DNA of 62,626 nucleotides, counting the filler, from Klebsormidium nitens (Eukaryota; Plantae; Klebsormidiophyceae), in assembly GCA_000708835.1 (NCBI GenBank). It is 8 parts of 8 records of this genome, joined end to end, with 100 filler letters (N's around TTAATTAATTAA, not from the genome) between each part and the next. Parts side by side here need not be neighbours in the genome. Positions count along the whole stretch, not along the records: positions 1 to 29,277 come from DF237796.1; 7 more parts are not named here. One strand, given 5' to 3'. The notes below the pieces were generated by a model. That model saw only the letters and a program-made list of their open reading frames with translations. It did no database searches and was not told where the DNA came from. Positions 10,801 through 22,311 of the stretch are shown here, piece by piece (positions within the stretch are counted from its first letter, which is position 1; each line of letters begins with the position of its first letter). Position numbers and translations under genes: made by a program.

Positions 10801-13800
10801 CGAGATGGTGACCCACGTCATCTGGCCGCCCGGCAAGACCTTTGCGCTCGTCGACTTCCGCTTCGAAGAACATTTCCGTACGGATTGCCTTTTTTTATCC
10901 TGCTTAGTGAAGCCAATTTGTTTATCCTTCACAGGTTGACACGTCCGCTGTGGAACTGGTGACCCACGTCATCTGGCAGCCCGGCAAGAGCTTCGCGCTC
11001 GTCGAGTTCGGCTCCGACGGCCTCGCGGACCTCGCGTACCAGCTGTGCAAGATCAAGCCCGACGCGGTGCGCCTGCAGCAGCAGCGCCTCCTCGTGGAGC
11101 GCCCCGCCGGGCCCAAGCCCAACGGCGCGCTCTCGCCCGGGGCCAACGGACTGGACCTGGGCCTGCACGTCAAGGTGAGAACACTCCTTTCAGACCGTGC
11201 ATGCCAATTTCGCTAGTTCCAGATTGTCCGTTTCGTCACCTCCAGATGCATCTTACTTGTTCGCTCGGCTCTTAAAGCCCAACGGCGCGCTCTCGCCGGG
11301 GCCCAATGGATTGGACCTCGGTCTGCACGTCAAGGTAAGAATTATTTTCATACTTGACTGTGTTTTTCTTGATTGGCTAGCTTTTCTTCTTGGATGCATT
11401 TTGCATAATGGGTGAGGCTTCAAAGCCCAATGGGACGCTCTCGTCGGGGGCTCACAGACTGGACCTGGGCGTGCGCGTCAAGGCGAGAACGACTGTGCTG
11501 TGGTTTTCTTCGGAACTCTCCTTTGCAGAACTTATTTTCAGGTCTATTCACTCTCCGCTCTCGACACCTTTTATTTAATGGTCGGTTATCAAAATCGTAA
11601 GGGGTCCGCTTGCTGGAGACAAACGGACTGGACCTGGGCCTGCACGTCAAGGTGAGAGCGATTGGTCTGCTTCGTGTCTTCGTTCATCTCGCGTGTTCGG
11701 GCTCGTTCGGTTTGGTTCGTCCCCTTTCAGTTGACTCTCTTTCAAAGCACTTCATTTGATGCTTGAGAAGAATCGGAAGGGTCTTGCCCGGGGCCGACGG
11801 ATTGGACTTGGGCCTGCACGTCAAGGTTAGAACAGTCTCTCTTTCCTTTCGCCGTTCCCAATCCTTCGTCTCGAAGCTGCTATTCAATGAATCCTTGTCT
11901 TCGTAGTCGACTCAATCGTCAAAGTCAATTTCCGTCTCAGGCAATTTGTTTGTTCCTCCAACAGTCTCTTATTTGACTGGTCGGCTTATAGTGGCCTGAG
12001 ACGTCATCTCCAGGTGTCTCACCGGTTCTTTCATGTGCGTAACAAGCATTCCAAACTTCGACACCGTTCAGCCTCAAGCCCCACCGACGATAATATGAGC
12101 GCCGCGCCAGCATCCTTATTTGCCCCCAAAACTGAAGGTACTCAGAAATGTCAGCAAGCAAGACCATGACGTCACCCCGTCCTCCCCGCAGGTCCCGCCG
12201 TCCCCCTCGGGCAGCCTGCCGTCCCCCGTTTCGGGGGGGCTCGCCCAGCAGCTGGCGCAGCAGGGGATGGGGTCCCCCTCCCCCGGAGGCAAAAAGAGCG
12301 CACTCCCCCGCGACATCTTCAGCCTCTCGTACTCGATCGACCGGCAGAGAGCGCTCCACGTGGACGCGCTTCCGGACGAGGAGGAAGGCCCCGGGATTCG
12401 CGCCATGTTCGAGAAGCTGTGCCTCGAGAGGGGGCTCATCGGTGGGTCTCCGATTAACCTTCCCCGGTCTATTCTCACCCACTTTGCCTGATATTTTTCT
12501 GCGTGATTAGTGGCGTGTGATCAGCGGTGATTTCCGCAGTGCTCGGCTCCAAGTCTTCAGTGGTGAGTTCACTGGTCGTCGATCAACGGAACTCTTAACT
12601 TCACAGGGGTCATCAGCGGGTCTCTGATCGACCTCTTCCCTTTTTTGTCATCCTCTCTGCAGCTTCCTGAGTGTTAAGTGGCGAGTAATCACTTGTGAGT
12701 TCGTCAGTGGTCAATCACCAATGGAAGTATGAACCCGGCAAGGAATTCTGCAAACCTGTCGGTAATGGTGGTTGTCTCAAAGGAGGGATAAAAGCAAACG
12801 ACGAGCGTTCCTCGTTTGAGTTTGAAATTGTCTGCCCTCGGCTGGGGCTCAGGGTGCTTCGCCAACAGGATTTCCCTATCTCCTCAATCGCCGGATCTTT
12901 CTTCGTGCTTTCAAGGACTTCGTCTTGTTCCATCGTCTGTCTATTTTATGCTGTTGCCTCTCAAAGTCATCCCCGTTCCTCTTCGTACTTTCCTGTCGCG
13001 TTTCTTGGTTCTTTGTCTTGTTGCTTTCCTCCACGAAGCTTTTACTTCCTCGTGCCTGATTGCTGCGTCCGTACACGCTCTCTTCTTTTACCCCGGCCGT
13101 TTCAGTTTGCAAAGTTTGTCCTGATCGGCTGACTTACTGAACGCCTTTCTCCTTCATGTCACTCGATAAGCAAGCGCGAACGGGCACGCAACCCGTGCTT
13201 TTAAGAACTGCAAAGCAAATACGACGGAAACTGACAGCTAATAGCTGATCCCCTGTGGCAGGCGGCGAGACCGGCCTGACAGCGGCAATCGCGCACATCG
13301 TGCGACCCCCCGGGCGCACCTTTGCATGGGTCGAGTTCAACACCGCCGAAATCGCCGACACCATTCTGGACCTCTTCGCCCAAGACCTGGACACAGCCAA
13401 GCTGGGGGGCCCGTCCGGACACCGGGTCATCGTCCAGCGTCCGAAAGGGTACAAGGCGAACTCGCCCTCGTCGAAACCGTCCCCGGGGCCGTTCCACTCG
13501 CCCAGCTTCGACGAGGACTCGTTCCCGAGCCTGCCCTCGAGCGGCAAGAGCGAGTCGTTCCTCGGGTCGAGCCTCAAGTCCGAGGCGTCGAGCTTCGCGT
13601 CAGCGGCCGCCAAGCGCAACGGGGGGGTCGGGTTCAACGGGCACATGCTACCCCCCTCCGCGTTTCATCCCGACGCTTTCCCCGCGCTGCGCGCGAGTCA
13701 CGACCTGGAGTCCTCGCAAAATGGGGACCACAAAACGGGGCTTCCGTTCGGAGACGATGGATTCCGGCTGCTGAGCCGCCACTCGAGCTTCTCGGGCCGC

Positions 13801-14553
13801 CAAGCCAGCCTCTCTGCCCGTGCGCGCCTCGACGCCTTCTCGTCGCTGACCGTCCCGGAGGCCACGTCGTCTGCTGACGTCAGCGGGGACGACCTCTTCG
13901 CGGCGTTCAACCTGCACACCGCCGTCGACCGGCTGCTCGAGGACAGTGCGTTCGCGAAACCGGCGCGCTTCATTCCTGCGGGGGCGGAAAGTGGGCGCCA
14001 CAACGGGAGCGCACTGCACGTCGGCTCCGGCCGTACGTCCGGAAGTGTGTCCCCGGCTTACGGCGCAATTTCCCCTCCCCTCGGGCCGATCGGACCGACG
14101 ACCCGGCCCTCGTCCGCTTCCTCGAACCAGTCCGCGTTTGGCTGGGGGTCCGAGTCCGACGTGCTCACAATCTCTGCGCTTACGCTCGAGCCTCCCGCCA
14201 ATGCGAATCCGTCTCCGTTCTCGGGCGCATCAAGCGAAGCGTCTCCGTTTGCGTCGAGTTACTTCAACTCGCCGGCCTTCTCGGCGGCCAGCCCGTTTTC
14301 GCTGACTCCGCGGGAGAACCCGGCGCCGTCCAATGTGCCGGCGTTGACGAGACAGCTGTCGGGGGGATCCAGTAACTTTTCCTTATACTCGTCGTCTCCG
14401 GTGGAGTCGATTTGGGGGGCGGCTGGGAGCAGCGGGGGCTGGAGCAACTTCGGAGGAGAGTCGAACGGACACGGGATGACTGGCGGGCGCAAGGGGGCCT
14501 TCGAATCGGTCGACAGATGGGGCATGGCCGCAGGCTCCTTCATCACAGGCTGA
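7838..14553 (+). CDS. Four-RRM RNA-binding protein with Ser/Pro-rich tail; join(7838..8581,9498..9737,10935..11174,12111..12441,13262..14553), about 948 aa
   Basis: GT-AG junctions with consistent phases (0,0,0,1), total 2847 nt. Four repeats of [Y/F]xxDRxRxLxVxxxP...LVTHV...[A/F]WVEF...AD...VxRP, corresponding to RNP2 and RNP1. The exon 4 acceptor could be 12138 instead of 12111. Confidence 0.85.
9336..9385 (+). repeat. Duplicate of the exon-2 acceptor and exon start
   Basis: TTTCGCAG|TGCCACATAAACCCTGAGTCCCTTAAG versus the real TTTCGCAG|TGCCACATACACCCCGAGTCCCTCAAG at 9498; 162 nt upstream and in frame. Confidence 0.85.
10430..10934 (+). repeat. Three tandem duplicates of the exon-3 acceptor plus about 85 nt of exon
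   Basis: ATCTTTTCCAG|GT(T/C)GAC at 10444, 10611 and 10784; the real exon starts at 10935. Confidence 0.92.
11275..11831 (+). repeat. Four tandem duplicates of the exon-3 end plus donor
   Basis: GGAC(C/T)T.GG..TGC(A/G)CGTCAAG followed by GTAAGA (11335), GCGAGA (11483), GTGAGA (11652) and GTTAGA (11826); the real donor is GTGAGA at 11175. Confidence 0.92.
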
Positions 14554-15584
14554 GGCCTTGGCCGGGGGTCGCGCAAATCGGAAAAGAAGGGTTGGGGAGC
14601 CTTTCGTTTAATTCAATTTTGCTCTGCGGTGTACAAAGACGCTTGTATAGATAGAACAGTGTACTGAGTGGTTGATCGGACAAAATCCTGGTTGATTCGC
14701 TGAAGCTCTTGAGGTGGGCACTGTGGGTTGGGGTCATGGGTTGGCAGCACGTCTGCTAGTACGCCTTTTTTATTTCTTTGTGCATGGTTGGTCAAGTCGG
14801 AGGGCAGACAATCTCTAGGTCGAGAACAGCTGTTCAGCTTCGACGATATTACAATTGCACATACGTCCTGAGGTCTCCTTTCTTCAACCACGTGCACTGC
14901 ACCCTGATTTGAAGAATGGTCACTTTTGCTTTTGCACGGAAATCTCACCTTACATGAAGCCTCCACCTCACTGCTACCTTTCATGCACGTGTAATTCTAA
15001 GCTGCACGGTTATGATTGACGGCCGAGCAGATTGGTTGCCAGATAGTTGATGTTCTTGATTTGGTTGTAAAGTTGACATGGAGGTTGGACAATGGCCTTT
15101 TATTTGCACGATCCTGCATCTTGTAAAACAACATTTTACCAGTTGTCAATAGCATCTGACAAAGGATATGATGCAAAGGGTAGGTATGTTAGTTGGATTT
15201 GTTTCGATAACGTACACTTGATATTCGAGGCCGAAACTGGTTGTTGAGGTGAACAAGTGCGTGCTCCATTGTGACGGAACACATGCAAAGACCTCATTTG
15301 GACTGACCGATTCCATGAACCAGAGCTAGCCAAGGTTGACATTTGGCGACCATTTGCCGCGATGCTCAGCGTGGTGAGTCTGGTAATGCGACTGCCATTC
15401 CTGCAGTGAAAACCTTCATGCAAGGTATACCGTCTTCGATGGTCTCTTTTAACACACTGCTGCGTGGCACCTGTAGAAGGCCTTGGATGGCCCGTTTCTG
15501 CTATAGACCAGATAGCCGCGCACGCATTTCCTGGAGAAGAGTGCGCCCGCCCCGCTATCCAGCAGTAGAAGGTGGTGACTCTTA

Positions 15585-18500
15585 AGTGCACCGTGAACAC
15601 ATCCTCGCCCATGGCCTCGACCCGAAGAACATAGGCCTCTGGATGGTCCGTTTGGTATCGCCGTAGCAGGCGGTTCGTCTCGACGCCCGTCAGAGGCCGT
15701 TGCGTGCGGCCTCTTTCCACAAACGTCCCCCGCACCCCCCGAGTCGATGCCTCAGTTGACGGGGCGCCGAGAGATGGACGCCGCCGGCTCCTCCCGTTGA
15801 TTGTAAACCGCCAGAAGGTTGCTGTCGGTTTTTGTGGCAGCCACTACCTCTGCCGCCCCATAGAAGCCGATTAGATGGTCGCCGATGTTGCAAGAGCTTC
15901 CCGCTGCGGGAGCGAGGGGGCGGCCCGACCCCTTCTTCTCGGAGTGAAGGGTTTGCCAGTTCTGGAAGCAGCTGTAGACCGTCGAATCAATGAGGCATCC
16001 CTCGACGAGGACGCCCCCCTTGTTCCCCTCGTAGAACAGGAACTCGCAGCTCCGGCGCAGCGCCTCGGGAGGCTTCTCAAGGAAGTGGGCAAGAGCTTTC
16101 TTCAGCTCCCGCCGCGCGGACGAATCCTCCAAGTAGAACCCTTGCAGGCAAACATGCGCGCTGTACTTGAAACTCCCGCTTCTGCACCTTCCGTGAGCGG
16201 TCGCCACCTGGAAGGTGATGGATTCGGCCGGGAGCAGGAGCACCAGCTCGAAACCCGCGGAGCACGATCTGGCAATGCTGAAACCGCTCCCCGAATTCCC
16301 CGTCATCTCGTCCTCCCACCGTGTAGTCGATATCGACGTATAACTTGGAAGGCGTCAGTGGCGTCGACGCACTCGTAGTGATTTGGGGTCTCCCCAGCTG
16401 CCTGAAGCTGCTTCAAGTAGTTCACAAACGCCCGAGAGTCCGAAAAGCTCGAAAAGCTCTTGAACCCTCCCGAGTCGCTCAGGTCGCAGGATCCGATCAG
16501 CGAGTGGGCGTTTGCCTGCTGGTGCTGAACGGCCGCCGCCTTCTTTGGGAACCAAGGCTGGCCCAGAAAGTCCTCGTGCGGCAGGTGATGCTGCGACCAT
16601 AGCAGAGATGTTCATCAGACCGACGTGCATGTGTAGGTGCCTTCTTGGATCTGAGAACGCATGCATTCATTCTAGTGTGGCAGTGAGGCATAAAAGTCAG
16701 ACGGACTCAGGCCATGCGAGTTCCCTGCGAGGTATTGAGGGCCCCCCCATTGCGTCTGCAGTCGAAAGGCCGGGAACGAAAATGGATTCTAATACTTAAG
16801 CATTTTGATATGTGGAATACGATTTGTTCCCGTGGACTTGGGGGGAGAGATTCGAATCTGCGCTGGCTTTCAAGTTCCGTGCCATGTTAGCATCTTGAAG
16901 CCGTCTCCCAAGGACTGTTGCACGGCCCACATCTCTTGGGTGCAGATTCTCAACCTAGGTCACGGTCAGCATGCCATGGAACCGACATGGGATTGGAGGA
17001 GGGAATCGCCCCCCCACCTGAGGCAGTTGCCCCACTTCGAGTGCTGCGAAGCCCTCGTCGTCGACAGCTGCGTGGCAAGTTGCAGCTTCTAGCAACGGGC
17101 TGGCGGCGGAGTTGTCTTGGAAGTCCTCGTCGCAGCGCTCCTCGAGGTTGTCGGTAGACTCGACGCTGTCGACGCGGTCAGCTGAAGACGGGCTGCTGAC
17201 TGAGGAACTTCCAGGGATCGGCGCTTGGTGCAGGCTCATGAATGCCTGCATAAAAATAATAGGCGATCATATAGGGACATGAAGCGGAGCGTCATCTCGC
17301 CGTTCCACTGCGAGCGGCCAGAAAGATGGCCGTTTGGCATTTAGCGGGCCCCAAAAAGCACCTAAAGCGCACTCGTTCCTCAACAGACACGGAAGGGACC
17401 TCGCGGGAATCATATCGTGCCTGAGATCGGTCGGGAACAAATATTGATTCCATTTCCATAGATGTCTTAATATTTGGAATACGATTTGTTCCCGCGCCGA
17501 TGGATGCACCCGGAATTGATAGGTCTTGTGCATCCAAGTCAATCTGGATGTGTTCAAAAAAAGGCGTTCAAATACAGGCGACAGATGAGGGGTGCCAGAT
17601 TCAAAACATCGTCTAGAGAATCTTCTGGTGTGCAACTTTGGCCGAACGGGCCTGGATCTCAGCAGTCAGCGAAGAGAGCCAGGGCGGGTTGTTCGATTTG
17701 AGATTGGCCGGGAACAAATATTGATTCCATTCCTACATATGTCTTAATACTATCTGGGATACGATTTGTTCCCGTGCCAATGGCTGCATCCGGTACTGAT
17801 AGGTCATGTGCATCCGAGTCAATCTTGATGCGCTTGATATGTGCCAAGATGCAGTCACGACGCAAACAAGCTTGTACATAGTAGCATCTCCAACACGGGC
17901 TGCTGACTGAGAAACTTCCAGGGATTGGCGCTTGGTGCAGGCTCATGAATGCCTGCATAAAAATAATAGGCGATCATATAGGGACATGAATCGGAGCGTC
18001 ATCTCGCCGTTCCACTGCGAGCGGCCAGAAAGATGGCCGTTTGGCATTTAGCGGGCCCCAAAAAGCACCTAAAGCGCACTCGTTCCTCAACAGACACGGA
18101 AGGGACCTCGCAAGAATCATATCGTGAATAAGATCGGTCGGGAACAAATACTGATTCCATTTCCATAGATGTCTTAATATTTGGAATACGATTTGTTCCC
18201 GCGCCGATGGATGCACCCGGAATTGATAGGTCTTGTGCATCCAAGTCAATCTGGATGTGTTCCCAAAAAGGCGTTCAAATACAGGCGACAGATGAGGGGT
18301 GCCAGACTCAAAACATCGTCGAGAGAATCTTCTGATGTGCAACTTTGGCCGAACGGGCCTAGATCTCAGCAGTCAGCGAAGAGAGCCAGAGCGGGTTGTT
18401 CGATTTGAGATTGGCCGGGAACAAATATTGATTCCATTCCTACATATGTCTTAATATCTGGGATACGATTTGTTCCCGTGCCAATGGCTGCACCCGGTAC

Positions 18501-20306
18501 TGATAGGTCATGTGCATCCGAGTCAATCTTGATGCGCTTGATATGTGCCAAGATGCAGTCACGACGCAAACAAGCTTATACATAGTAGCATCTCCAACAT
18601 ACCGTTGCAGCATCCAAATATAATTCGCCGCTTGCATAAGGCATGGCCGAAGGGCGGCCCACTTGCATAAGGCTTCATACTAGTTAGTCATCACGATTCA
18701 TTGACTCGGAGCTTCGGACACAGTCTGATTCATATCTGATACTGCGGAGTCTGAATATTACTGAGAACTCCCGAATCCTGCATCGGAAGCTACTTAGAAG
18801 CTGAAAGTCGATCGAAAAGATTTGATTGCGTCACTCCGTTAGTGAGTGTATCATTCTTCAGGAACAAGCATCCGACATTTGAAGCAACCGTTGCCATTAA
18901 CCTGAACTTCACGACCCTACTAAAAACTTAATAAGTACTATGCACAGTCGAGCAATTGATGTACCTGGCCTTGCTCGTCGACACCTGTCTGCTCCTGGCT
19001 GCATCCGAGAGCACGCGCTGCGAATCCGTCTTGAGGGCCCACTTCCTGCAAATATCATCAGTCATCGTCAAGGCTGGGGACCAGGCCGCCATGTGATGCA
19101 CACACAGAAAGATGCGCAATGCTAGCGCGCACATGTGGGCCTTCAACTAGTACGTATTGTATCTGCATCTTGGTGAAGTCACTAACTGCAAGCTCTATGC
19201 TGCAAGTACGATCGCATATATTCACCTCTGGAAGCAGTCGTGGGGACAGCAGATGCTCTTTCTCAGAGTCTTGCGAGAAGATGATGCGGCGACGCTTCCT
19301 GTCAAGCGCTGGCCCTGTCAATATCATGGGGCCAAGGTCCTCTTTGAGTGAAGCTTCGTTTGACAACTTGCCCACACCACCGTGATGCTGCTCAACCAAG
19401 GGGCGGCAAGACGGAGCCACCTATGAAATATGACAATTGCGGGATGTTAAATCTGGATGCAAGCCAACCCCAATGAGCAGCCATTAGCAAAGGGTGTTGC
19501 AGCGCATACAGCCATGTAGGATGAGCCTCAAAAACTTGGTGTTCATGCTTCAATGAAGTTAGAACACCCATCATAGCATGACAACCAGCTGCAACAAGTC
19601 ACTGTCAAGCTTGCACAAACAGCCGCCTTCATGCTTCCGTTCTTACCTTGCGTATGCACGGTGGTGGTGTGCTAAACCCCTTCTTGAAAGCGCTGCCAGA
19701 GGTCCAAGGGAACGGAGAGGTAGGTGAAAACCCCTGGACAAGTATAAAGGGGGACGAGAGAAAGTGAAGGTGCTCGTGCGTCAGCCGTGCCTGAGATCGA
19801 TCGGGAACAAATATTGATTCCATTTCTATAGATGTCTGAATATCTGGGATAGGATTTGTTCTCGACATGTTCATGAGCCCCGCAGCAACTGGTCTAGAGA
19901 CACATTTTATGAATGCAAGGTCACGCTAGACTGCACTCTGCCAGGATGCTAGAAGCAGACTAAAGCGCGGCTAGAATCCAACTGCGAAGTCCCTGATAGT
20001 TTGACCCCATGTATATGGACTTGGGATAGAGCAGGGCTTGCCAAACACATTGAAGCAATGTGTGAGAAACTCACCGGAGGGCGGATCTTCTTGCTCTTCT
20101 CAAGACGTTTCGGCAGTTGAGCTGGGCTGAGACTGTTTTCATTTGTGAGAGCCCGGTAGAAGTTCGGGCCTTGGATGCTTGCGGAGTCTCTATCATTCAA
20201 GAAATCCTCTAAAGAACGTCCAGACTTGGACCCGTCAACAGGCCGATCAGCGTACTCAACACCTTCAATGTCCTCGCCTTCGGTTTCTTCAGAAGCAGAT
20301 GAGCCG
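15585..20306 (-). CDS. Probable multi-exon gene of unknown function, possibly decayed
   Basis: Splice-bounded open exons such as 20075..20306 (GSSASEETEGEDIEG...KIRPP) and a short exon ending at 19647 (GFSPTSPFPW...PCIRK), with further candidates near 19225, 18965, 17020-17245 and 15750-16600. No recognisable domain; boundaries are uncertain. Confidence 0.45.
16772..19863. repeat. Six copies of a 60-64 bp hairpin (GGGAACAAAT...ATTTGTTCCC)
   Basis: Copies at 16772-16831, 17433-17493, 17710-17773, 18140-18200, 18417-18477 and 19803-19863; the first and last are more degenerate. Confidence 0.85.
17190..18600. repeat. Tandem duplication, unit about 707 bp
   Basis: GGGCTGCTGACTGAG...AACTTCCAGGGAT.GGCGCTTGGTGCAGG recurs near 17190 and 17897; the paired ORFs in the track are offset by 707. 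Confidence 0.92.
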
Positions 20307-20994
20307 CTGGAGAAGAGAAAAACAGGCGCACGTCAGCTGACTGTTGACCAGGGTTGGCATGAACAGCGGATGGCATTTTGATGTCAGCTCTCATGCAGCT
20401 TATCAGTCTATGACCTGCAATTGAGCTGGCAGCGCTACTAGCCAGCAGCCAGCTGAGATTCAGCTCAAAGCCCCCCATCTCTGCTAGCAGGATGGGCGAC
20501 GCACCCCGCTGCCTGACTACGCTAAGCAGTCTTGCTGACTTTCCTGACAGATGCATGAGCTGCCTGCTTACTGGTTTTTCCATTCTCATGAAGCCACAAG
20601 AGCTAGGCCTTGCAGACCCCGAGATCAAATCTTATTGAAGGCTCCTATTTGGCATGCAAATTGAGGGAAAGAACTTCTTCCTGCAACCTTCGCTAGGTGC
20701 AAAGAGCTATACTGTACTGACAAAGAGGCCATTCAAAAAGAAGCGTTTCCACAATCGATGCAAAGCCAGAGGTCACAAACACACAATGCAGCTAGCAGCG
20801 CTTACCTTTCCCAGTGGAAATGCAGGTTGGAAGCCATTGCTCGCAGCTCGTAATTGCGGCTTCAATGGTGGTGCTCTCTGCCGGCTATTTTGATGGCGCT
20901 GCTCCTATAATGCCGACGGCTTGGAGCTAGTGTACTGGAGCTCAACTTTGGCAGCTCAATGTCCGGTTCGATGCTGGTGTCGACCCCAGATCAA

Positions 20995-21206
20995 GGGGCG
21001 GTGTCAAAACACATTTCCAGTGACAACCGGTTCTCCGCACGGGCCGACCCCCCCGGGGGGGGGTGTGGTAGCTGGTTTGGCCACTCAGGGGGGGCAGTTT
21101 TACACTCTATATGACCCCCCTGGTGGGCTGGGGAAAGGGGGGGCTGGCCCCTGGCGAAAATTGCGGAGAACCGGTTGCATTTTGAAAGGTGTTTTGACAC
21201 GGCCCC
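20995..21206. mobile_element. MITE, PIF/Harbinger-like
   Basis: Imperfect TIRs of about 45 bp, GGGGC(G/C)GTGTCAAAACAC...CAACCGGTTCTCCGCA; 3-bp TSD CAA at 20992-20994 and 21207-21209. Confidence 0.85.
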
Positions 21207-22162
21207 CAAGCAGGCTGCGCACAGTTGCTGATGCCCAAGGCTGTGGAGCTGCCCTCCACCACCTAACCAGCTCAAATTGCTGGAAGCCGGCTTCCACCCT
21301 GGCAGATTAGGCCGGCAGTGTCAGAGTATTCTATGGTGAAAAGCGAAGCTAGTCAGATGTGACGCTGAGACTGGAGAGAATGCTTGTTGCGGCTTGCTCC
21401 AATTTGTGCATCTGCAAGGGCCAAGACTAAGCAATCAACCATGGCTCCAGCCACAGAAGAACAGGTCCCGGCCGCACAGGCACCACCCACAGAGGACGGT
21501 GCAGCAAGTCAGGACGCACAGGAGACAGCTCGGCGATCTTGCTCTTTGCCTTGAGCTGCACTCTAACGACGGGGCCAGCTCGGATGGATGCTGGGAAGGA
21601 GACGTTCGGAACTTCGGACCTTGGTTGGGGCGGTGGATGCTGGAAATAAGAATTTACGTTCAGAAATTTGGAATTTATAGGCCCGCATTGCTGCCACACG
21701 GGACGGTCCGGTCGGGACGGTCCGATCAGAAAGCCCCAATCGTCTACGTATACAGAGGCAAACTCCGGAATTTTGATTGAGCTTCCACGTGGTGGAATCA
21801 GGTGGAATGTGAGGGCCGCGAGGCCTGGCTTGCGTCCACGTGTATGTCCAGAACTGTCCAAATGCCGTGCGTATATGGCTTGGGGATTTTGAACTGTCCC
21901 GCTCGGGAGCAGAGCGGGTCGGGACCAACTTCAACTTGTTCAATTTTCAAAAATGTCGGCTTATATCCGGCTACCCATCAATTCAGTCGGCCTTTTTTTT
22001 CATATATGTGCATTTAGTCGGCCACATAGCGGCAAGTCGCCTATTTTTGAGCATTTTTGTCGGCGTCTAAGCCGGGTACTTCGCCCTTTTGTCGGCTTTT
22101 CGAAAATTTGAGTGTCCCCGGGATAACTAGAGGCCGGCTTATGCCGACCCCTAGTCGGGACG

Positions 22163-22216
22163 GAACCCTTAGCCGGGACGGTCGGGGGGACACGTGGCGG
22201 CATGGGAGTGGGTAGT
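22163..22216 (+). promoter_or_regulatory. G-box-containing upstream module, copy 1
   Basis: GAACCCTTAGCC...GGGGGGACACGTGGCGGCATGGGAGTGGG, about 100 bp upstream of the ATG at 22312. Confidence 0.45.
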
Positions 22217-22311
22217 TTTATGCCGGATTTCACAATTGTAGCGGCAATAGTTCCTTGCAAGGAGGGACGGTCGTATGTTACAGTAGTAGACTAAGGGTCG
22301 CAGTTGCAAAC

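Noticed and set aside
7848-16378. Many overlapping or antisense ORFs over GC-rich exons (also within 48089-49385 and 54630-55990)
   Set aside because: Shadow ORFs of GC-rich coding sequence.
16772-19863. Hairpin repeats as a CRISPR array or as a coding peptide repeat (TNRIPDIKTSMEMESIFVP)
   Set aside because: Spacing is irregular, the intervening DNA is itself duplicated, and no cas genes are present. Branch and acceptor motifs downstream place the copies in introns.
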